Assembly: GCA_963677815.1 (NCBI GenBank)
Contig: OY782499.1
Span: 412,408 to 476,407 of the forward strand
Length of the DNA stretch: 64,000 nt
Direction of reading: 5' to 3'
Source of the DNA: Candidatus Cloacimonadales bacterium
GTDB taxonomy: Bacteria > Cloacimonadota > Cloacimonadia > Cloacimonadales > JAFGVF01
A program made the translations under genes and the position numbers. Positions 58,501-64,000 of this stretch are shown one piece after another. The stretch's first letter is position 1; the number at the start of each line of letters is the position of its first letter. The notes beneath the pieces were generated by a model. The model ran no database searches, was not told the DNA's origin, and saw only the letters and a program-made list of their open reading frames with translations.

Positions 58501-58929
58501 ATCTAAAATAATTATTGGATAGGGGTTCAACTTGTAAGTATGAATAAAATCCCATAAGTGTATTTTGTAATTATTTTCTTTAAGCCATGAGAAGTAATCA
58601 GAATAATCAACAATTTCAGTAATAGGTATTGAATTCCCATTACTGATTGTATTCCACTTTAAACAAACATCATTATTTTTTTTTACTCGATTAGTATATA
58701 TAACTGTTTCAAATTTTGGTTTATCTGCCTTAAATGGATTCCATAATGCGAATATGATATGTTTATAATTTTTACTATTCCCAATAATATGTTTAAAATC
58801 CTTTATCATTAAATTAAGCAATTCTTCACAAAATTCATGATTAATATTGTCTGTTAATGAAACATCTGCTGAAAATTTCTCCCATTTCACTTTATCTAGA
58901 GATATAGAATTATTCTTTTCTATACACAT
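55567..58929 (-). CDS. Large divergent histidine-kinase-like protein with a C-terminal degenerate receiver
   Basis: H-box-like SILVDSYAHNISAH, N-box-like IFENTIRNIKH, G-box-like GSPKLGGT; C-terminal ICIIDNRI / FIVLHLS / IVITSGRG / FKP receiver pattern. Confidence 0.62.
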   Translation of the reverse strand: MCIEKNNSISLDKVKWEKFSADVSLTDNINHEFCEELLNLMIKDFKHIIGNSKNYKHIIFALWNPFKADKPKFETVIYTNRVKKNNDVCLKWNTISNGNSIPITEIVDYSDYFSWLKENNYKIHLWDFIHTYKLNPYPIIILDDKHININNDKNINIINVNSIDSVRNSNWIWSAMNSSNNDAYSEFSEISKNYYKKFSVGDEGTSEEIFIFEIPIPFTPQIFNGQVWYQSAAFVSFISKVNIYKCEEKYIQWTNIAAKYQHILNSIISKRFESVLRKNQIKTAIISILVDSYAHNISAHSLAALKWWFDKRSNKLHEPIKIGEGNSEDKSPQITSLYNLYPYNIGQDELKKYGKKYSEVFKVLGLNDRSNSDSYTNLQEIIDCFENKEEINRFLQYSYTTAPTENDKTTDPAKIDVMTKEIGFPIPADTHIAKFMKFLRDKAAFWSGVTRDMAFGGETQNLYDLLWNDFADNPLYLGTIAHSEGFVKLNINIELPEDLFLNVYQFNNKEKLPHSLDGKKYVKLDFARINLSIIDKFKCSNTEINYKTLDGGKNIGFSPYNFIYPGEYHQIVREELSKPVYNIFLPGGVVGRHSLFTIFENTIRNIKHFKFTTGNKPDSLNFNIRIDSLELDFSSDSHAEREEIHNPNFFKISVYLDHDNSLKTSKTTKSNKSIELRVIDFLKNKTSESIITDTGSPKLGGTFQDKICSAMLLNNTFASVDFSNNIKTTNRDKYFYNEKEKRFWLDFSEEKNNEINNEINGRILKSIYLWRGEFIGYYNENSSISMENENTSRFRFIYVDELTPSIQKELTKNGIIRIITYYDISNHLELDDLLVQTKNRNNSDVCDKLIERIKKQEITEQDKFAIYQCWNRKFLQNKTTHFSQCIENPEQQHRSKLAIIDFKCMQQQKVNNSDTELFILHGGNNKGILENKIIKFRSHGWLRTHFIQDVDGDISLISDDLKKKVISSEFIEVVLSKICIIDNRIYQRIAKNDKGNLYEMINLKVHNEKYEIEKMDYITNYNFIVLHLSYIESYGISEKEIGDFFDSKLGLKDSKSLNNLRIVITSGRGRALWIDNLGSKYSKITVFKPIESFLNAVEDALAFKDDFQLKYNLTKVLFGS

Positions 58930-59827
58930 ATAAGTTTACTCCCCATTGTATGTTAAATGTTACATTTTCTTTAATTGATTTATCACAAAGAAATTCACTC
59001 ATTTTGGTTGCAAGAAGTACTTTATTTTCTTTAGACAAATCAGAACCTAGAGAAGAAACACTTCCTTTTTTTATCCAATTAATAACGTCATCCCATGAAA
59101 TGTTATTAATCCATGAAAATCCCACTTTTTCAACAAAACTATATTTCATTTGATTAACTAAGAATTTATCAACTTTTGATATATTTGAGAACTTTACTTC
59201 GGGAGTCCATGAGCTCAATTCATTTCTGAATAAAAAATACTGTTGCCAGAATTCTCTTGAAACATCACTAAGAGGGTTATTGTCTTCATGAATGAAATCA
59301 AATTCCCCATCAAGCATTTTGTACCAACCATTTAATTCTGCTATCACAATTACTGAGTTTATTTTCATTCTACAATTTAATGATTGTAAAAAAGATTCCC
59401 AGTTAAAATAGTGTAGTACTGAAATAAATATTGCCAAATCAATATTATCAGTATATTTCGTTCCAACATTAGCATCATATAAATAATAAATTACATCTAA
59501 GATAGGATAGTTTCTTAAATTATCCTCAAATTTTTCTATCATTTTTTTAGATATATCAAAACATTCAAGAGAATAATCATAACCAGCTTGATTAAAAGCT
59601 TCTGCAATATTGAATATTGAACGCCCAGTTCCAGTTCCAGTGTCTAATATCTTATTTTTTTCATTTATATTTAAGTACTTTAGCAAAAATATTCCCATCT
59701 CATAAAAACTTTCTTTAGGAATATACGTAGATTTTTCAAAATAATCAACAGCTTCAGTAACAAGATAAGGATTACTCACATTTTTTTTTGTGCTATTTTG
59801 CAAATTCAACAACATCTCCTTTATCAT
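58910..59827 (-). CDS. Class I SAM-dependent methyltransferase (start uncertain)
   Basis: ILDTGTGTGR, CFDISKKM, YDAN, SVLHY. Confidence 0.85.
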   Translation of the reverse strand: MIKEMLLNLQNSTKKNVSNPYLVTEAVDYFEKSTYIPKESFYEMGIFLLKYLNINEKNKILDTGTGTGRSIFNIAEAFNQAGYDYSLECFDISKKMIEKFEDNLRNYPILDVIYYLYDANVGTKYTDNIDLAIFISVLHYFNWESFLQSLNCRMKINSVIVIAELNGWYKMLDGEFDFIHEDNNPLSDVSREFWQQYFLFRNELSSWTPEVKFSNISKVDKFLVNQMKYSFVEKVGFSWINNISWDDVINWIKKGSVSSLGSDLSKENKVLLATKMSEFLCDKSIKENVTFNIQWGVNLYVYRKE

Positions 59828-60884
59828 TGAAATTAGCTAATTTCAATTCTACATGTGAAACACCAAAACTATCTATAATAATATCACCAGAAATTCCTGA
59901 AAATTTTTTATTCGTAAAGTTTTCAAAAGTTATATTTTTTCCAGACAATAAAATATCTATTAGGAATTTTCCTGTGTCATAACAATATACACCATCAAAA
60001 GTACTATTCCTACCATATAAAGAATTATATTGCTCTTGAAATCTACTGTAATCATCATTTGGGTTAATTTCGAATGAGGCTGTAACAAATATCAGATTAC
60101 TAGTTAACTCTTTTGACATTTGTGGTGCTGTCATTATCCCAAGTCCTCCCACTATCTTAGATAATAAATTATAGTTGTATGCTTCTTTCAATATTACTGG
60201 ATACAAATAACCAAAGTCTATAGTATGAATATACTCTACATTACTTTCCCCAAGTTTTAACAACTGATCTTTAAAGCTTTTAGTTGAAAAATCATAACTT
60301 TCAGTATGAATAAGTTCAATATTACGCTTTTCAAGTTCTTCCTTGAGAATATTTTCAATAGCATATCTAGATTCAGAAGTGTTGATGTATAACCCTCCAA
60401 TTCTTTTAGCTCCAATTCTTGAAAAATGGTTAGCTATTTTATTCATTTCATCGCCAATGTTGTAATAAATACTAATTACATTCTCATATTCTCTGGCTAA
60501 GGTTGGATCAATGCTCAATGAAAACTGAATATTATTATCTTCTAAACATTTTGGAGCTATAGCCCTTGCTACAACAGTTAATGAGGTAATATAATACTTT
60601 ATATTTTTATTATTCAAATAAGTATAAGCTGTTAAGCCGTCTTTAGCATTTCCTTTACTATCTTGGAATACAAATTCTATCTTCATTTTATCTTGATTAA
60701 TATTTGATTGTAATAGCTCAAGAGTGTTTTTTTCTTCAATTCCTAGATAAGAAAGCTCTCCTGTCAAAGGCAATATTGCCCCAATCCTAATCACATCATC
60801 ATCTTTCTTTTTATCACAACTTGTTGTTATAAAAGCTGTAGTAACAAGGAACACCAACACTAGAACAGTACAAAATTTCTTCAT
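59793..60884 (-). CDS. ABC transporter substrate-binding lipoprotein (LivK/Peripla_BP_6 family)
   Basis: Lipobox TTSC; IRIGAILPLTG..SYLG, QDSKG, F.GISG.I..D..G. Confidence 0.88.
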   Translation of the reverse strand: MKKFCTVLVLVFLVTTAFITTSCDKKKDDDVIRIGAILPLTGELSYLGIEEKNTLELLQSNINQDKMKIEFVFQDSKGNAKDGLTAYTYLNNKNIKYYITSLTVVARAIAPKCLEDNNIQFSLSIDPTLAREYENVISIYYNIGDEMNKIANHFSRIGAKRIGGLYINTSESRYAIENILKEELEKRNIELIHTESYDFSTKSFKDQLLKLGESNVEYIHTIDFGYLYPVILKEAYNYNLLSKIVGGLGIMTAPQMSKELTSNLIFVTASFEINPNDDYSRFQEQYNSLYGRNSTFDGVYCYDTGKFLIDILLSGKNITFENFTNKKFSGISGDIIIDSFGVSHVELKLANFNDKGDVVEFAK

Positions 60885-60899
60885 TATTTCTCCTCCAAT

Positions 60900-61616
60900 T
60901 CAAAAAAAGAATTTCTCTAATTCGTTTATATTTTTCGTTTCTTCAATCTTATCAATTTTACCTAATTTAAGCAAGGCCATTCTATGAGCAATTTTATGTG
61001 CTTCAGATACATTTTGTTCAATAAGTAAAATACTTAACTTCAACTCTTTTTGGATAGTTTCAATTAGCTTGAACATGTTACCTCTATTAATCGGAGAAAG
61101 CCCTGCAGAAGGCTCATCTAGAATTAAAAATTTAGGTTCTTGTAACAATATCATGATCAGAGCCAATTGATGTTTTTCTCCTCCACTTAATAAGGAAGCA
61201 TTTTTATCTAAATTCTTATTATTTTGTAAAAGATCGAATAAGTCTTTATATTTCAATAAATATTGATTTAGCATTTTTTTGTCAAGTTTTCTTCCAGCAA
61301 ATTTAATATTTTCTTCAACAGTTAAATTTGTAAAGGTTAAGCCCTCCTGCATAAAAGCGCCAAAACTGAGTTCAGTCATCTTGTAAACAGGAAGATTTTT
61401 TTTTATAAGATCATCATCTTCATAAAGTATTTCACCATTTCTATAAGGGACTAAATTTAGTATTGCTTTTGCCAGTGTTGATTTACCTGAACCATTTTGT
61501 CCAACTAATGCTACTATTTCATTGGAGAAGATATCTAGCTCAAGACCATTTATGATATTGCTATCTTTAACATATCCTGCATGTAAGTTATTGATTTTTA
61601 ATTTTATACTATTCAT
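60900..61616 (-). CDS. ABC ATPase, LivF-like
   Basis: L.AGY, GQNGSGKST, LSGGEK, LDEPSAGLSP, LIEQN. Confidence 0.9.
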   Translation of the reverse strand: MNSIKLKINNLHAGYVKDSNIINGLELDIFSNEIVALVGQNGSGKSTLAKAILNLVPYRNGEILYEDDDLIKKNLPVYKMTELSFGAFMQEGLTFTNLTVEENIKFAGRKLDKKMLNQYLLKYKDLFDLLQNNKNLDKNASLLSGGEKHQLALIMILLQEPKFLILDEPSAGLSPINRGNMFKLIETIQKELKLSILLIEQNVSEAHKIAHRMALLKLGKIDKIEETKNINELEKFFF

Positions 61617-62423
61617 TTAAATACCTAAATATTTTATTCTGACAATAGGATTACCAATTACGTCTTCCATAGTTCCTCTAATTCTAGCTTTGCCCTTATC
61701 GATGAAAAAGCAATAATCAGCGATATCTTCAAGAACTTTAAAATTGTGTTCAATAATAATAATTGTAACTCCTGTTAATTTATTTATTTTACGTATTACT
61801 TCACAGATTATTTGTCTTATCTCAGGATGAACCCCAGCAGTAGGTTCATCTAAAAGGAGCAATTTATGGTCTGACATTAACAATCTAGCAATACCCAACA
61901 ATCTCTGTTGACCGTGTGATAATTCTGAAGCGTAATTATTTCTGTTTTGCCAAAAGTAGTTATCTTTGCCAAAAAGTTCAATTAAAACCTTTTTAGCTTT
62001 AACAACTCTCTTTTTTTCCTTTTCTTTATGTTTTTTTCTCTTAAATAGTGTAATAAAAGGAGTTTCACCAAAGTTATCGTCTCCCCCAATCAACAAATTC
62101 TCTAAAATAGTCATATCTAAAAAAATATGATTATCCTGAAACAAACGGCCAATTCCAATTCCCTTCAGTTCATTAGGATTAAGTTTCAATAAATCTATCT
62201 GCTTATCCCCAGTATCGTAGCAGATCTTTCCTTTATCACAATCAATTAAACGAGAGATAATATTGAAAAGAGTAGTCTTGCCTGCTCCATTTGTACCCAT
62301 TATTGCAATAATTTCACCAGCATTAAAATCAATCTGTAAAGAATCAAATAAAAGTGGAGCTTCTGCATTTCTAGAAGAAAAACTTTTTGAGAGTCCTTGA
62401 ATTTTTAAAACTGAATAACTCAT
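61617..62423 (-). CDS. ABC ATPase, LivG-like
   Basis: GTNGAGKTTLFN, GIGRLFQ, LSHGQQRLL, LLDEPTAG, IEHN. Confidence 0.9.
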   Translation of the reverse strand: MSYSVLKIQGLSKSFSSRNAEAPLLFDSLQIDFNAGEIIAIMGTNGAGKTTLFNIISRLIDCDKGKICYDTGDKQIDLLKLNPNELKGIGIGRLFQDNHIFLDMTILENLLIGGDDNFGETPFITLFKRKKHKEKEKKRVVKAKKVLIELFGKDNYFWQNRNNYASELSHGQQRLLGIARLLMSDHKLLLLDEPTAGVHPEIRQIICEVIRKINKLTGVTIIIIEHNFKVLEDIADYCFFIDKGKARIRGTMEDVIGNPIVRIKYLGI

Positions 62424-63295
62424 TATTTAATCCTATAATTTCCGACTAAACCTTCAGGTTTAAATCTCATGAGTATAATTAGAATCAAGCCATAAATTAT
62501 CTGTCGCATATTGGCAGCTATTGAATCAGGTAGGCCTATAAATCGAAGAATTTCCGGTAGCAAAATAACAAAAATAGAACCCACTACAGGACCTTTTATA
62601 TTCCCTAAACCACCAATGAGTAGAGCTGATAAAATAAAAATCGATTCATCAAGATTGAAACTTGTAGGATCAATATAGGTAACATAGGTAGCATATAAAA
62701 ATCCAGCAATTCCAATGAATGAGGAAGATATAGCAAAGGTTCGAATTTTTAGTGAAGTGATATCCTTCCCCAATGTTATCAAGGCCAGTTCATCTTCTCT
62801 CATTGCTTTTAATAACCTACCGAAAGGGGAGTTAATTAAGTAATAAAAAATGAAAATCGTAAAAAGACTCATAACTGTAGAAAAAATTAGAAAAGGAATA
62901 ATTCCAGATACTTGATAAAATCCTAAAAGTTTAGGAGCAGGTATTCCAGGTATTCCATAAGGTCCTTTAGTTACTGAAATCCAATTATATAAAACCGAGT
63001 AAGCTATAATCTGAAATCCCAAGGTCGAAAGCACAAAATAGTCATTCTTGAGCCGAAGAGAAGTAAGAGCTAATAATAGGCTGATAAGACCTGTTGCCAA
63101 CATAGCAAATACTAAAGCTGGGATTAACGGTAAATGCATTGTAGTCAAGGCTAATACAGAGCAATAAGCTCCAATTCCATAGAATGCAGCTTGCCCCAAA
63201 GATAAAAGATTTGTCATTCCTACTAAAAGATTTGAACTTACTGTTAAAACTATATAGATATTTATCATAATAATTATATGGAAGAAATAGTTCAT
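62423..63295 (-). CDS. ABC permease, LivM-like
   Basis: NLLVG...LSLGQAAFYGIGAY, LRL..DY, SPFGR.LKAMREDE, IGGLG...GPVVG, FKPEGL. Confidence 0.92.
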   Translation of the reverse strand: MNYFFHIIIMINIYIVLTVSSNLLVGMTNLLSLGQAAFYGIGAYCSVLALTTMHLPLIPALVFAMLATGLISLLLALTSLRLKNDYFVLSTLGFQIIAYSVLYNWISVTKGPYGIPGIPAPKLLGFYQVSGIIPFLIFSTVMSLFTIFIFYYLINSPFGRLLKAMREDELALITLGKDITSLKIRTFAISSSFIGIAGFLYATYVTYIDPTSFNLDESIFILSALLIGGLGNIKGPVVGSIFVILLPEILRFIGLPDSIAANMRQIIYGLILIILMRFKPEGLVGNYRIK

Positions 63296-64000
63296 TAAAC
63301 CTCTCTCTCCTTTTTACCTAAAATACCTTGGGGTCTGAAAATAAGGAATATAATCAAAACAACAAAGGTTATAGCCGATTGCCATTTAGAAGAGAACATC
63401 CAGATTGTTAGAGCTTGGATTATTCCAATAGAGAAACCCCCAATTAGTGGTCCTGCAAAAGAACCTATACCACCAATAATAAAAGCAACAATAACATTTA
63501 ACAACATTGGCATTCCAATATAAGGATCCATACCAACATCATAACTTATCAAGATACCTGCTATGGCAATCATAATTCCACTAATCCCAAATAAAAGCAA
63601 CCGTGTTCGCAATATATTTATCCCCATTATCTGAACCAGAAGGTCATTATTACTAAAAGCCCTTATAACAATTCCTAAATTTGTCTTCTTTAAGACAATA
63701 AAAAAGATTATAATAATAAGCAATGAACTTATAAGCTGATATATTTGTGGATAAGTAACTATCATTCCTGAAAATTTTATTGTGTTAGCTATATCTGAAT
63801 TTAAGATTTTTGTTTCATTTCCAAATATCATAGCAATTATATTAACGATTATAGTTACGACACCTATTGAACTTATAGTTACAACATTGGAAGAACTTTT
63901 CTTAATAAACAAGGGTTGGTAGATTGTTTTATCGATAAGAATACTAATGTTCATAGTCAAAATAATGGAAACAAATATTGATAAGGAGATGTTTATCCCT
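63295..64000 (-). CDS. ABC permease, LivH-like (5' end outside the window)
   Basis: T.LG..IRA, IIGGIGS..G...GG, FRPQGILG; frame stays open to the window edge (GINISLSIFVSII...). Confidence 0.88.
   Translation of the reverse strand, partial: GINISLSIFVSIILTMNISILIDKTIYQPLFIKKSSSNVVTISSIGVVTIIVNIIAMIFGNETKILNSDIANTIKFSGMIVTYPQIYQLISSLLIIIIFFIVLKKTNLGIVIRAFSNNDLLVQIMGINILRTRLLLFGISGIMIAIAGILISYDVGMDPYIGMPMLLNVIVAFIIGGIGSFAGPLIGGFSIGIIQALTIWMFSSKWQSAITFVVLIIFLIFRPQGILGKKEREV

Overview
AT-rich bacterial chromosomal segment, most consistent with a Cloacimonadota-like anaerobe. This is inferred from secreted proteins ending in a YPNP...IYN.KGQ...GIYF FlgD-Ig/T9SS-like tail, [FeFe]-hydrogenase maturases and Omp85/TonB outer-membrane proteins. 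Positions 1-47.4 kb hold housekeeping genes: ftcD (partial), a CNNM/CorC protein, prfA, rpmE, ileS, alaS, buk, rho, tRNA-Val, recG, aspA-hydE-hydF, ctpA, tmk, nadB and rimI. The same stretch carries a cobalamin-riboswitch B12 uptake operon, two sigma54 response regulators and a sigma54-promoter-driven beta-helix repeat protein followed by a cyclase-STAND-TPR protein. Intergenic DNA is colonised by a foldback MITE family (CCCA...TGGG ends, 5-bp TTNAA target duplication, about 8 copies or fragments), several REP-like palindrome families, a GC-rich 144-bp tandem array and an IS1182-like MITE. From about 48.5 kb to the window end lies an even more AT-rich, tightly coupled minus-strand locus. It encodes a Liv-type ABC transporter, a SAM methyltransferase, a 1120-aa divergent histidine-kinase-like protein with a degenerate receiver tail, three receiver-like proteins, a split soluble/membrane protein, a lipase-like lipoprotein and a MORN protein. 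This locus is the best candidate for an undescribed system. All calls come from motif reading only; no database searches were run.
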